A DNA stretch of 52,560 bases, filler included, from Jimgerdemannia flammicorona (GCA_003990765.1; 2 parts of 2 records of this genome joined end to end with filler, not necessarily neighbours in it), one strand, 5' to 3'. Positions 36,501 through 49,800 are shown, numbered from the whole stretch's first letter. Notes: generated by a model not told the origin, from the sequence alone. Numbers and translations: made by a program.

Positions 36501-39500
36501 CTCCTTTTCCCAGTCTGCCCATAAAACCCCATCCTCTAACAAAGAAGAATTTAGTCACCAATGTCCAGGCCCATCCCCACTTCCTCCAAACCTCTCCCCT
36601 CCTAACAGATCCCAGTAATCTGACCACAGACACCAAACCACCTCCAGCATTGTCCAGACATCTACTCTCCAGCATTTTGCCATCAATATCCAGTCAATCC
36701 TTGAGCTCAGCCCTACCACTCAGTGAGTATAAATTCAACAATCATCCCAAAACCATCTCCCTGAATCAATGAAAGAACTCAGCCTCTCCATCTTCAACCA
36801 GTCATCCAACCCACCATTGCTGTTCCTCATTCCTCTCCCTCCATCTGTCCTGTCCATCCTCTTATCCTGTACCATGTTGAAGTCACCCCCCAGACAATCA
36901 AACCCAACCTCTATCAAGATACTGGCCTCTTTCAAACTTCAAATCCAATCCACCTGTTCCCCTCTCTCTGCTGGGCAGTAACACAACCCAACTGTTAATG
37001 GGCTCCATCCTGGCCTCTTCCACACTCCCTACACCAACTGAGTCCCCCAATGTCCAATGTCCCCAATGTCCCCCAACCCCTTTTGAACAAGGATACCCAC
37101 CCTCCCCATCCACACCCCCATTCCTTAGTCTAATTCTGTAAGTCTACATCTACCTCATAATGGACATCCTGCAGTAAGAAGAGATCTGCATCTAGTATCT
37201 TTAGCCATCCAAATATGTACTTCCTCCTAGCTGCCTCCCATAACCCATTCATGTTCAAAGAGAATATTCTAGTTGTACTATTTATATTGAAAAATGTTTG
37301 AATTTGAGATCCCAGCCTAGTATTTCATGCTCATCTCATCCCCAGCCAGATCTAAGCACTGCTCTGCTTCCAAATCACCCTCTACAACAGTCTGAGCATC
37401 CAATGCCTCCAAGATTTCTTGACATTCCACCCCATCTACCACCTCCATCTCTGATCAATAGTCTGTGCAGACCACTCTCCACTTCTCCAATCCCTTCCTT
37501 GAGTTCCACAGGAATGCTGCCCAGTCATTTGCAATCCCCCTAAGTTCCTCTTCCCTCTGATCATCAACTTGGTATTCAATGGATTCCAAGAGGACTGCCA
37601 AGATCTCATTCCTCATCTTCCTCAGCACCTCCTCCCCCCATAGAATTTCCTCCCAATGCCTCTCTTCCATAACTCAGAAATCCTCCCCTCCCAGCTCCTC
37701 TGCTGCCATCCCTTCCAGAGTCTTCCACATCCACTTCTCCTCATCCACTGTCTCTGCCACACTCTGGGCAATCCGACCACCCCCCACCTCTGGGTCCACC
37801 AGGGTGTTCCTCCTCACCAACTCATCTGGTACATCTAGCAACTCCTCCTCCCCCCCAGCTCCACCTGAGACACTATACTGAGAGTATACTCCTTTGCTCA
37901 TTTCCACATCTGCCTCCGCACCACCTCCCCTCTCCTCTTCTAATCCATCCTGCACCCCACCTTGGGCCATCCTGCCTCCCCCCACCCAGGCACTCTCCTG
38001 CAATCCCACTCTCTCATCCCCTATGCTGCTGTCTGCTCTACTACCACCCAGCTTTGCCAGCAGCTCCTTCTGGATTTTTCTCCCCTGCATCTTCTCCAAG
38101 GTCATCTGATCTATCCTGACCCTCTTCCCATCAACTACTTCCACCACCATCCTGGCCTCATACTCCTTCCAAGCCAATCATCTTCTCTCCACTGCCCCTT
38201 CCAGATCCTCCAGAGTCTTGAGCAAGTCTTTCTCCTCTTCCTGCATCCCCTTCACCCTTGTGACCTTGCACTCCATAGGTCCCTACCTCAGAGTTGCTGA
38301 CCAGTCCCTTGTCTTCCCCATATTCTCTTTTCCAGCCAGCCTCACCCTGATATTGACATCACCAGTCTGGAGCTCCGTACCCTCCCAGACCTTAAACCCA
38401 ATATCCACAATCTCCCTATATTCTTTGACTGCCTCCATAATCAACTCCCTTGCCCTCTCCTTTGATACTATCAGAAGATCCAACACTGTCAACTGTACCA
38501 CTTGAGGGTCCCAGCATATGCACCTGGCCATAGGGACCACAACCCCACCCACCATCACCCCCTTCTCCATGGCCACCAGCAATGCTTCTTCCTTCTCAAA
38601 CCCTACCTCGACCCCTTCTTTCCCCTTTAAAAACTTCACTGAAGCTATACCTTTCACCTCCTGTACCACCAGCCCCAAAATCATCCTTGCAGTCACTGCC
38701 AAGCCCCTGAAACACATTGTGACTACGAATTTCAATCTTGATTTCTTAAGTAATAGTGCTGACACCATGCCCATCACCCCATCCATGAGGTCCCCAGGCC
38801 TCATGCCCACCCTCTGTCCTGAATTAGCCACCACTATCACATCTGGATTTTTTGCCAGATCCCCAGTCACAGCCCCATCAACAGTCACATCTCCAGCCCC
38901 TACTCCCCCTCCTTCTCTACTACCAGACACTCCCCTGGGCACACCTCCCTGACCCCTAGCAGCAGCTGTCAGCGCCTTCCCCAGGCCCAGCCAACCATCC
39001 AGACCAGAGGCCATCTTCCCCATCTTGACCTTGTCAGTGAAGGTCAACCTCTCCCCTCCTTGCTGCCTCAGACCACCCCTCCCTCCACCACCAGGGCTTC
39101 GGCTAGCCATCAAAGCCCCTGGCATTCCCAAACTATCTCCCCTCCTCCCCACCTATTATCAGCCAAAGGCACCACCTCCCCCCTGGCTGGTACACTCACC
39201 AGTTCAATAATTACTATCCATGTTGATAGTTATCTATCACCAAAAATGTTGTAAAAAGTGTTGTCTGAGTCTTGTGTCACCTGAATATTACCAGTGAAAG
39301 ATACTATCAGTAATGTGTTTTATATATATCTATGAGAGTGATATCTTATAACTCTTGAGGGCTGGCCTGTGGAAACTCCCAGTAGAGAAGGTTTCCTATT
39401 TCATACTTCTGCCATATTTGGAGGCATTCAGTAGTAATAGTGATCCTTGTTTTCATTTCATAGCAGTAGAGGATAAAGTGATAAGGATCCCCAGTACCCA

Positions 39501-39624
39501 GGTTGAGGCTAGGAGTCCTTCTTATATAGGTCCTTATGGCTCTTCTGATGTCTTAGAACATTCTTTCTTTGACTGAGAGGCCTTGGTAATTCCTTGATCT
39601 TGAGGTTTGGTAAGCAGCAGGCAT
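32979..39624 (-). pseudogene. LTR-internal ORF of element B (~270 codons; 39624-39316 joined to 33479-32979)
   Basis: One frame across the LINE insertion: MPAAYQTSRSRNYQGLSVKERMF*DIRRAIRTYIRRTPSL...QKYEIGNLLYWEFPQASPQEL*DITLIDIYKT/RTAKKIHQIF...IPNLEYTRVTDFRDLS...VLNILL*. A second copy lies at 46054-46819. Confidence 0.75.
33495..39315 (-). mobile_element. Full-length L1/Tx1-like LINE (degenerate)
   Basis: Poly-T at 33495-33566; 15-bp TSD tgttttacatatatc (33480-33494) / tgttttatatatatc (39316-39330); ORF1 ~37300-39220; ORF2 with APE (FSLNMNG, LLQDV, GGDFN) and RT (GLPWDFWKK, FLDQKKVYDRV, FADD). Confidence 0.95.
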
Positions 39625-40249
39625 TTTATTTATGGTAAGTCTTTGATCTATTTTGGGATTGGTGGGTCTTGTTGAGTTGCTGCTACTGCAGTTCCTTGAT
39701 CCTTCTTTTATATTCCTCAAGATGACTATACTGTAGTTATAATAACTCATAGTTGGTCATCATTACTTATCTTGTAGTCTGGGTGAGTCATGCTATATGA
39801 TCTTCTTATGCTCTGATCTGATAGCTTGTAAGGAATTGCTGTCTCTTGTACTGATGTCATCATTCTGAAATCACTATTACATCTTCCTTCTGAATAAGGA
39901 TCTTCTTAAACATCCTTATTTATTGGTCCAGTTCTGAAAAATTTACTGATCCCATAACCTCTGACAGGGAGTTGAAAAGTAGTATTTATGGCCTGGCATC
40001 TTCTCTATATATTTTGGTATAATAGTAAAGAGTTGCTCCCTTCATATAGAGCAAGGGTCTGATTCTGATCTTGATCAATCAGTTGATGATTTAAACTCCT
40101 CTGGCTTTGAAAATCTTATAGATGAGTAGTTGCTGGTACCATATCTCTTAAAGAATAGTCCAGACAGATTGTCTGCTGGTCATGGGACATGCTGTTATAA
40201 TTCATGGACTAGAACCTTATGGTGGTCATCATATTTTGCTTCTCTTATA

Positions 40250-43200
40250 TAGGTTCATGGTACTTCTTGAGTCTGTTTCTATATACTATGATAGGCAGTA
40301 TAGTCTCTAAGAGTTTTCTAAGCCAGAAGGTAGTTCTCTTGATATCTTATACATAGAAGAGTCCTTCCCATTTGGGCTCCAGTTTTTACAACCATGAGGC
40401 TTCTACCATATTTCAATATAGTAGGACCTTTTCTCTAATTTGGATGAGTTCTATAGTCTTGTAATTCTTTTCTGCATTCTTTCTCATCAGTACTTGTGAC
40501 TTGATGATATAATCTTCTAATTTAATATAGTCTCTGGATTTCTGGGTCAATCCATCTCCAAGTTAGATCTAGATTTATAGCTGAGGTTCTATCAGAATCT
40601 TCTTCTCTGAAGAGCAGTTCTCTTGAGATAAAGTGTGTACTCTGTGACCATATGTCTTATAGCAGTTGGGAGGTAGTTATCCCAATTCTCATATGTGTCT
40701 GAGATCTTCGCCAAGATATTCTTGAGGGTCTTATTGATTCTCTCTGTCTGTCTATTTTCTTAAGAGTGGTATATGGTAGTCTTGATATTCTGAATCTTGA
40801 ATTTCTGATATATTATCTCATAAAATCCATTGACAAATTCTGTACTATGGTCTGTGGTAATTTGCTTTGGTGTCTTATAGTGGCAGATGATTTCTCAGTA
40901 CAGGAAGTCAGCTATAGAGAGGGCATTGGCTTCTTATAATGCTCTTGCTTCTATCCATTTGGTAAAGAGGTCTATAATAACTATAATGTAGCAGTTTCCT
41001 GATAGTGTTACTGATAGTGGTCCAATGATATTCATTGTGATGTAGTAGAAGGGGATAGACTCAATTCTTGATGACCCAGATACCTGGTCTTGCTGATCTT
41101 GTTTCTGTTTTTGGCACTTATCACACTCTTTGATAAATTAGTGTAGGTCATCTTCCATTTTGGGCCACCATATGGTTCTTCTTGCCTTGTTATATATATT
41201 GGTTCCTCCTAGCTATCCTTGTTTATATACTTCCTTCATTACTTAATACTTCTTATGTTCAGATATTATAAGCTTTTATCCTTTTCTGAGTATAGTATTG
41301 TCTAGTTCAAACTGTTTCTAAGTCTGGTTGATGATGGTGATTGTCCAGGGTTTGAGGTGGTTGGGTATCTTCCATTACCCAAGATAGCTATTAATCTATA
41401 GTATAACTCCTTATTTATGTTAAATAGTCTTGATGAGAGTATTTCAGGGTATCCTTGAGAGTGCATCAGCATTGGTGTTGGTTCTTCCTAGGCAGTACTT
41501 GATAGTACAATCATACTCTTGTAGTCTGTAGATTCATCTGATATATATTCCTTTGGGGTTCAGAGTATAGAATAGCCAGAAAAGAGCAGAATGGTCTGTT
41601 TGAATAGTAAAGTATTTCCTGACTAGGTAGTAGTGGAACTTGTCTACTGTCTAAACTACTGTTAAGTATTTGAGCTTACATGACTTGTAGTTCTGTTTTG
41701 CTCTATGGGAACCTTGGCTTATATAGGAGATGACATATTCATGTCCATCTTTCTTCTGAGCTAGGACTGCTCCAAGTCCTATAGTACTTGTATCTGTCTG
41801 CAGGATGAACTCTAGGTTCCAATCTGGTCTTCTGAGGATGGGTGCTTGGGTCAATCTGGTCTTGAGTTCATTGAAGGTTTCTTGGCATTCTTTGGTCTAT
41901 TCAAATTTGGTCTTCTTCTTCAGTAGCTCATTGATAGGTGCTGTAATATTAGAGTATCCTTTGATAAATCTTCTGTAGTAGGAGACCAGTCCAAGGAAGG
42001 CATAGACTTCTATGATTGTTCTGAGTCTTGGGTAGGCTGCAACAGCCTCAATCTTCATAGGATCTGTATAGATTCTGGTCTAATTGATGAGGTGTCCTAG
42101 GTAGGCAATTTCCTGAGCTGCAAACTTGCACTTCTTGGGCTTAATATAGAGGCCATACTCCTTGAGCTTCTTGAGGGCTAGCTGTATATGATTGATATGT
42201 TCCTATGCAGTATTGCTAAAGATGATCATATCATCAATATAGATAAAGAGCTATTTTCCAATCTCATTGCTGAAGTCTCTGTTCATCATTTGCTGAAAAC
42301 TTACTGGGGTATTGCACATTCCAAATGACATTTACAGGTAGATATAGGTGGTATCAGGTATAATAAAGGCTGATTTCTCATAGGTATCTTGAGTGAGACC
42401 AATCTGATGAAAGCCTGAGAACAGATCCAAAGTGGTGTAGTATTTGGATTTACTTTCAAGAGTGATAAGGATTTCTTGAATATTTGACAAGGGCTGCCTA
42501 TCCATCTTAGTGATTGCATTGAGCTTCCTATAGTCAATACAGAGTCTTGGGGCAAACTTTCCAGGCTTGCTTCCTTTCTTTAGAGCAAGGACAATGGGTG
42601 AAGCCCAGGGACTGATAGCTTGCTTGATGATTCTGGCTTCTTCCATTTCCTTGAGTTCTGCTTGCAGTCATTCTCTGTAGACAGGTGGTATAGGTCTGGC
42701 TTTCTGATAGATGGGCTTGGTATCACCAGTGTCAACTTCATGATAGTACTTGGGTTCTTGATTGTAGATATCCCTGAAGTCTGTAGTAAGTACTCCTTCA
42801 TTCTGGTACAGGATCTTGAGAAGTTGTTCTTCTAGAGGAAAGTTTTTTCCAATTGTATATGTGTGCTTGTTCTGGTTCTTGTCTTTCTTGTACTCAAGTT
42901 TGGTAATCTTAGTGGCAGCATAGGCTCCTCTTTTAGTAGATCCAAGGCCTTGTTCTCCTCTCTTGATCTTGATGAGTTTGATGGCTTTGGTGATCTTGGG
43001 CTTATTGATTTCATAGATCAGTATCTGGCCAATCCTGTCATGCTTCTTGACTTCGAATAGGGTAGTGGGGTTGTGATTCCTGACTATGAGGAAGATCTCA
43101 CCAGTCTAATTAGGGTCAATTACTCCTCCTTCAACTGAGATTTCACTTTTGGTCAGACTGCTTCTGGTCTTGATAATTCTGGCATAGTTCTCTGGTAACT

Positions 43201-45490
43201 TGACTCCAATTCTGGTACCAAGTAGAGTGGTGGTCTGTAGTTCAAGAGTAGCATCTTGAATGCTGGCAAGGTCTATTCCTATAGCTCCTTCAGTCTTATA
43301 TTTTGTATTCTGGGATCTTGGCTTCAGGGTGAAACTTCTGGTGATGTCTGGTTCTTGTTCCTCCTCATCATCACTATCAGCTTAAAGCTCTGGGAGCTGG
43401 TCATCTTCTTCAGCTTTTCTTTTTGCTTCAGCAGCTTCTTGCTTATACTTCTGTTGATGAATTTTCCTGACTTCACTAATACAAGACCAGTAGTCATTCA
43501 GGTGTTCAGAGTAGTACATCCTAGTATCATGGGGGTATCTTCCTTGAGGGGCATAGCTATCAATGTTCTTATTGTACCACTACTCATCTGTGAGCTTAGG
43601 TGTCTTGTTCTTGTTTTTGTTCACCAAGTACATGAAGACTTCTGTATCCTATTCATCTCCTTCCTCTATGTCTGGTAGAACTCCTTTGTGGACATTGATA
43701 GAGACTCATACCTTTCTTTCTCTATAGTTGATCTACATCTTCTGGGCATTGAGGTCAATGATGGCCTTGGTCTTGTGAAGTCATTGGTTGCTGATGAGAA
43801 TATCATAGTTGGTAGTGCTTATAATAATCACATCTACTGGGATGGTAGCTCCTCCTATCTTGATGGGGACTTCTCAGATTTTACCAAGGGGGGTAGCTTG
43901 TGTACCATCTGCTGTAATATAGACCATCTTGGTGGACTCTTCAATATCCCAGCCTAGGTGGTCAATTGCCTTCTTGCTTATGAGGCATCCTCCAGCACTA
44001 GTATTAATGATAGCATCAAAGATATAATCTTTAATCTGACATGGGGTATAGGCTGATGTCTTGTGCTAGTTTTTGAATTCTTCACCTGAGTTTTTGGATT
44101 CTTCTTGTATATTGTGAGCTTCTACAATCTTGTACTCTTGATTCTTGGCAGTAGTTGCAAGTTCTACTCTCAACTACTATCTGAAGGCAGGGACTTCAGC
44201 TAGCTATCCAAAAGTGGCATTGACCTTCTATTCCTTAAGATCCTTATAGATATCATACTGGTGAGTCTTGATCTTACATAGCTTCTGTTCTTTCTTGCTT
44301 TCACTTTATCCAGAGACTGGAGTAGTGCCTTTAATAATTTGGCAGGCAGCTTCATCTAACTCCATATCTTGATCAATCTTCTTGGGTTGGGTCTTGCTTT
44401 GAATAGTGATAGCTGGGGTCTTCTTTGGTCTTATAACTGGCTTGCTGTTGCTCTTCTTGTTATAGGGCTTAGACTGGGTTCTGATACCTTTAGTAATAGG
44501 ATAGAATTTGGACTCCTTATAGTATTCTTTATCATCAGTATCACCAATCTCCTTGATGACTACTGTATTGGTTTATTCTCTAGTTCTGGTAGTATTACTT
44601 GGTTGAGCTTTATATCTTGTTTCAGTTATGTAACTCTTTGCATAGCAGCCTTCTTCTCTACATCTGAAGTATGTGATATTGTATTCTTCTATAGCAGCTA
44701 CAAATATCTATACTGGTCTCCTGTTGGCACTTCAGACTTCTCTAATAACATTATTAAGCTATACAGTTATCTTGATAAACTCCTTGGTGAGTTCCTCTAC
44801 TGGATCAGCTTTGACTGCCTTGGGGGTAGATAGGGATGGTTGTCTGCTTACAACTGTAGTGGATATGATACTAGTTAGCTTTGATGGCTCCATCTTGATG
44901 TCAGTTATTTTCTCCATTGAGTGTTTGGTAGGGTGTCTAGTAGTCTAATATCTCTATACAAAGACCACTTTCTGATCAAGAGTCAGTGCAGCTAGGGTAG
45001 ACTGGATTGCTAAGACAATTTCAGGGTGAACTCCTTTAAGGAAGATTGAATCTGCTATTTGTTCCTTGAGGTGGTCATCATAACCAGTTAAGACAATCTG
45101 GTGGCAGATTCAGATATAGAATGAGTTGAGATCTTTACTGAGTCCCTGGCAGATAGTATTGAGTTGATCCTTGAGAGCTTACTTGATCTCTTCAGTATAG
45201 TATATAGTTCTAAGAAAGGTCTTCATGTTGGCAAGTCTGGCTGCACTAGTATCAGCAATGGTAGGTATATTGAACTTGTCTCTGGTAGATCCTCTGAGGC
45301 TGACTGGTAGAAGGGCCAAATATACATCCACATTGAGAGCTTGTATAGTGGCAAATTGTTCAAAGTCTTCAATGAAGATCAGGATTGACTCTTCAGTAGT
45401 ATATCCATAGAATATAGGGGAATGCATTTCTATCTTATCTTGAATTCTTACAGGGGTGACTCTTGTAGTCAGGGTAGTTGTTATAGAGGT
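40250..45490 (-). pseudogene. pol: gag-pol of element B (many stops)
   Basis: Gag (PIFYG...FIEDFEQFA; degenerate CCHC knuckle at ~44630-44680); protease AIINTSAGGCLI ~43975-44015; RT SPWASPIVL, RLCIDYRKLN, LDLFSGFHQI, FIYIDDMIIF ~42220-42250; RNase H FILQTDTSTIGLGAVLAQ; integrase CDKCQK and core ~40600-41200. Confidence 0.92.
42934..43300 (-). pseudogene. dut: dUTPase domain of element B, between protease and RT
   Basis: All five motifs in one frame: EGAIGIDLAS, KTRSSL, GGVIDPN*TGEI, DRIGQI, RGEQGLGST. Confidence 0.9.
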
Positions 45491-45533
45491 TGTTCATTTT
45501 TCAGCTTAAAAGTGAGGGATTCATCTTGAATCA

Positions 45534-45550
45534 CCAGCCAATGGGCACCA
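45534..45550 (-). other. Candidate tRNA primer-binding site
   Basis: Minus strand TGGTGCCCATTGGCTGG starts 3 nt inside the 5' LTR end (..TGACA); TGG is complementary to tRNA CCA. tRNA identity cannot be assigned given CpG decay. Confidence 0.55.
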
Positions 45551-45553
45551 AGT

Positions 45554-46821
45554 TGTCATATAGTAGTCACTGAGTCTTTCAAATATATCAGATTCTCTTC
45601 AAGGTATATCTCTTAGACTAACTCAAGTTTGTTATAAGTAAGTTCTTATTAGAGTACCTTCCCAAGGTCTTATAGTCCTCAAACTTCTTATCTTTTAAAC
45701 TGTCTTATTATCTCTAGATTGCTTGCAAGAGATTATATATATTGTACTGAGAGAAACTGACTTTATTTTGAAGAAAATAAGAGGGGTATTTAAATAAAAT
45801 ATAATTTAATGGTTGCTAAGATATAAAGCTAAATATAAATTTCAATAACTAAATAAAATACTGGAACACAGAAAACTGCCAAGTTCCAGTATCAGTACAG
45901 ATGATTACATAGGTTCAGAATACTGGTATAATTTTGATGATATAGAAAAAGAGTGCTGGAATAATTCTGAGTTACACAAGGTCTGAATGCCAGTAGAGAA
46001 ATAGCTATTATATAGGAAAAGAATGCCAACATAATTTAGTATAACTAAGGGACTTAGAGCAGAATGTTCAGGACCATGGAGACTTTATCTTCATCAGTGG
46101 TCAAGATGTCTTCAAAGGAGATAAGATCAATTTCATCATATGTTTTGCATATATCATATGGAATGATATCATTACTGATGACATTATCATATTTGGCAGC
46201 AGCAGAGAGAGTGAGGAGATCCAGGGCTCTCTAGTCTATGAGGTTCTCTACCACAAAATAAAGTACAAATGTGAGGTCTTGGGGAGATCTGACCTGGATG
46301 CTGAGGCCTTAGAATACAGAGATCAATCCTTATAGAAATTGATCTGAGTTGTCCTAGAGGATGGGATACCAGAACTCTTCTACCTCATCACTATTAAGAG
46401 TGATAGTAGACTGGACTTCTGTTACCACTCTGGCTTCTAGTATATTGATATAGTGGGCTGATAGATCTCTGAAGTCTGTGACTCTAGTATACTCTAAGTT
46501 GGGGATCAACCATAGTGTATATCTGAAGATCTGATAAATCTTCTTAGCTATCCTTGTTTCATATATATCCATGGGAGTGGTATCTTGTAACTCTTGAGGG
46601 CTGGCCTATGGGAACTCCTAGTAGAGAAGGTTTCTTATTTCTTGTTTCCATTTCATAATGGTAGAGGATAAAGTGATAAGGATCTCTGGTACTCAGGTTA
46701 AGACTAGGAGTCCTTCTTGTATAGGTCCTCATGGCTCTTCTGATGTCTTAGAACATCCTTTCTTTGACTGAGAAGCCTTGGTGGTTCCTTGACCTTGAGA
46801 TTTGACAAGTAGTAGGCATTT
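45554..46821 (-). repeat. 5' LTR of element B (truncated in this window by a LINE), with ORF copy 46054-46819
   Basis: Direct repeat of 32477-33494 plus 39331-39627; has a deletion of roughly 40 bp near 46640 relative to the other LTR. Confidence 0.9.
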
Positions 46822-49800
46822 CAACATTTTGTCCACTGGTAACATTTAGGTGATACAAGACTCAGGCAACACTTTTGACAATGTTTTTGATGAAAGGCAA
46901 CTAGCAATATGGAAAGTGATAAACATACAGGTGCATGTACTAGGTTGGATGGACCTAGGGCCTTCGACTGGCAGCAGGTGGGGAGGGGTTATGGCCTGGA
47001 GATGGGGGCCTTTGGAGGGCCAAAAAGTGGAAAAGGCTCTGGAGGGGGACCAGTGTCTGGTGGCAATGAGAGAAGGTCTGGTCTCCCAAGCTTTGCCAAT
47101 AAGGTTAAGGAGAGTGGGTGGTCAGCTGGTACTAGGGCTGGTGTTGCTGAGAAGAAGGGCAAGGCATGCCTTGGGAGGGAGGGTGGTGCTCCAGCTGGGA
47201 GTGCAGGTGTAGGGGCTGGAGGTACTGTGGCTGGGGGTGTAACTGTTGATGGGAGTGTGACAGAGAATCAGGAAAAAAAAGGAGATGTGATGGCTGATGG
47301 CCAGGTGGGGCAGGGGTTTCCAATGTGGAAGGGGGACCTAGCAGATAGTGTAATGGGGCTGGCAGTGACCCCATTGCTCAAGAAGTCAATCTCGGAGTTT
47401 GTGGTGACCTTGTGCTTCTGGGGCTTGGCGGTGATGGCGAGGATGGTTCTGGGGCTTGTTTCGAAGCAGGTGGCTGGGGCGGCCTCGGTGAAGTTCATAA
47501 AGGGTTTGGAGGGGGTCAAGGTGGGCTTTGAGGAGACAGGCCTACTGGATGAGGCACTGAAGACTGGAGTCATGGTTGGAGAGGTGGTAGTCCCCATGGT
47601 GTAGTGCTTGCGATGAGACCCCAGAGTGGTGCAGCTTCTGGTGAAGGAGGTGCATATGGTGAATAAGGAGGAGACTAGAAAGAGGGTAGAGGAGGTGATG
47701 ATTGAGTATAGTGATGTAGTGGACATTGGCTTTCAGGTGTGGGAGGGGACAACAATCAGGACAGGCAACATTGATGTCAGGATTCAGCTGGTGGGCAAGG
47801 AGGCCACAGGAAAGACAAGTGACTGGCCTTCTATACTGATGTGGGGGGCATTCATCTATAAGGTGTCAAGGGTGAAGGGGAGTGAGGAGGAGGAGGAGGA
47901 CTTGTTGGAGGCACTGGAGGAGATGAGTGGAGCTGTGGAGAGGAGGGCAAGGGCCTGGAAGATATATGAGGAGTTGATGCATCTGGAGGTTGTGGATGGA
48001 AAATACATCTGTACTGACAGGAAGCAGTGGGAGTGGGCACAGGGGTGCAGGAGGCAGAGAGAGCTATGTACTTATAAGTATGAAAGTAGAGGCAAAGCAG
48101 AAGGCAGTGGGAGCTGAAGGATCTGGGGGTGTCAAAGCCAGTGTTTGGGCGAGTAAAGGGGTTGGGGAGGTGGAGGCAGGCAAGGAAGGGGCTGAAAAGA
48201 TACTGAGCAAGGACCCCTATACCAATGGCACTTTTGAGGTCTAGGAGCAGGAGCTGGATGCAACCCCCCCCCCTCTTATTAGGAGGGACCTGGCAGGAAA
48301 GAGATGGACAACAGAGGATGTACTGATGAAGGAGGCCCAGTGAGTGCACTTTGGAGTCCCTGATGTGGAAAAAGGGGGTCAGGTGGTGGTAGTTGGTGAG
48401 GATGAGCTGGTGGATGTCCCTGAGGAGGAGTGGGATGAGGCTGCCAGTGTGGAGGCTGACACCACGATGTTGGACATAGGATGGCCAGGGACTCTGGGAG
48501 GGAAGAAGGTGGGGAACTTGCTGTGGATGAGCAAGGTGATGGATAACCTTGCAGCTGAGACTTTGGGGGAAGTGGACCTGTGGATAATACCTGAGGAGCA
48601 TTGGGTACAGATTTTGCACAGTGAGGGAGTGGTGGAGGCACTGAAGGGGGAGATTCTTTTGATTTTCCTGGAGGAGGAGGGATATGAGTTTGATGAGGTG
48701 AGGAGGGCCAAGCTGGCAGTGGTCACTGGTGAGTGGGTGGCATACTGTTGGGCAGAGTGATATGGTTTGCAGTTCTGGCAGGAGGCCTGTCAGAAATATC
48801 ATGAGGACTTTGAGGAGCGAGAAGATAGGGCAATGGTGGAACTTCTGGGAGGGTTGGAGGTACAGGAAGCTGATGAAAGGGAACTAGCTACTGATCATGA
48901 CTTGGATTTGTTGCAGGAGGAGCAGGATGCAGAATTGTAGAGAGTGGGTTCATGATACAACTTTTTTTCTCTTATGAACAGTACAACCAATATTTTCTCT
49001 TTGAATGTAAATGGGCTAAGGGGATTTGGGCAGTATAAGAACATTTTTAATTGGCTCAAGGGATTGGAAGCCGATCTCTTTTTACTGCAGGATGTTTGGT
49101 ATGAGGATGAGGATAATCGGGTTGAGTAGACTAGGGAATGGGGTGGGGCTACTGCTTGGTTTGGAAAAGTGGTGATTCTGATGAGAAAGGGTAGAGGACA
49201 CTTGGGAGGTATTGAGAGCTGGGGTGATCACTTGGTCTGGGGAGATTGGCATCAGCCAGAGTGGGAGATGGTGAGGGTTGGCTCTTGCTACTGCCCTGCA
49301 GTTAGGGGTGAGAGGATTGCATGGATTAAGGAGATGCTGAAGGAGGCTATTCTCTTGGCAGAAGGGGTTGATGTGCTTGGGGGGGACTTTAATATGGTTT
49401 GGGATCAGCATCTGGACCGAACTGATGATGGGAGGAGTTCAGAAGGAAGAAGTGGAGGCCTGGATGCATGGGAGGAGGTGGAGAGACTGAGCTCCTTAAG
49501 AGATATGGGCAGAACATGATGGGGCAACTCCAGGGTCTACATGCATTGGATGAATGGCTTAGGTATAAGAATTGACTGAATTCTGATAGCAGAATGCTGG
49601 GAGTCAGATGTCTGGAAGGTATTGGAGGTGGAATGGTGTCCATGGTCTGATCACTGGGGACTGTTGGGACAGGGGCAGTTTAGGGGGAGTGGAGATGGAC
49701 CTGGACATTGGCACCATAACTCCTCCCTGCTGGCTTAGAAGGAGTTGTGGGATTCATGGGTAGAGGACATTCAGGTGAAAGTTTCTTACTGGAGGTGTGA

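Larger units (their letters stand above)
32477..39744 (-). repeat. 3' LTR of element B (32477-33494 plus 39331-~39744), split by a LINE
   Basis: Aligns with 45554-46821 up to ~39627; the outer boundary near 39744 is inferred. TATAAATA at 32712-32719 and AATAAA at 32687-32692 on the minus strand. Confidence 0.85.
32477..46821 (-). mobile_element. Gypsy-type LTR retrotransposon B (LTR-gag-PR-dUTPase-RT-RH-IN-LTR); both LTRs are interrupted by LINEs
   Basis: Direct repeats start at 32477 (tatcatgtagtagtcactgag) and 45554 (tgtcatatagtagtcactgag). Domain order on the minus strand is Gypsy-type. Candidate PBS next to the 5' LTR. The rest of the 5' LTR should lie beyond the window. Confidence 0.92.

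Noticed and set aside
32477..46821. Dating the insertion from LTR-LTR divergence
   Set aside because: Differences are dominated by C->T/G->A hypermutation, so a neutral clock does not apply.
47852..48802. 316-aa minus-strand ORF, plus similar ones (18672-19313, 38518-38952, 47268-47726)
   Set aside because: Antisense shadows of purine-rich LINE ORF1; low complexity and not conserved as ORFs between copies.
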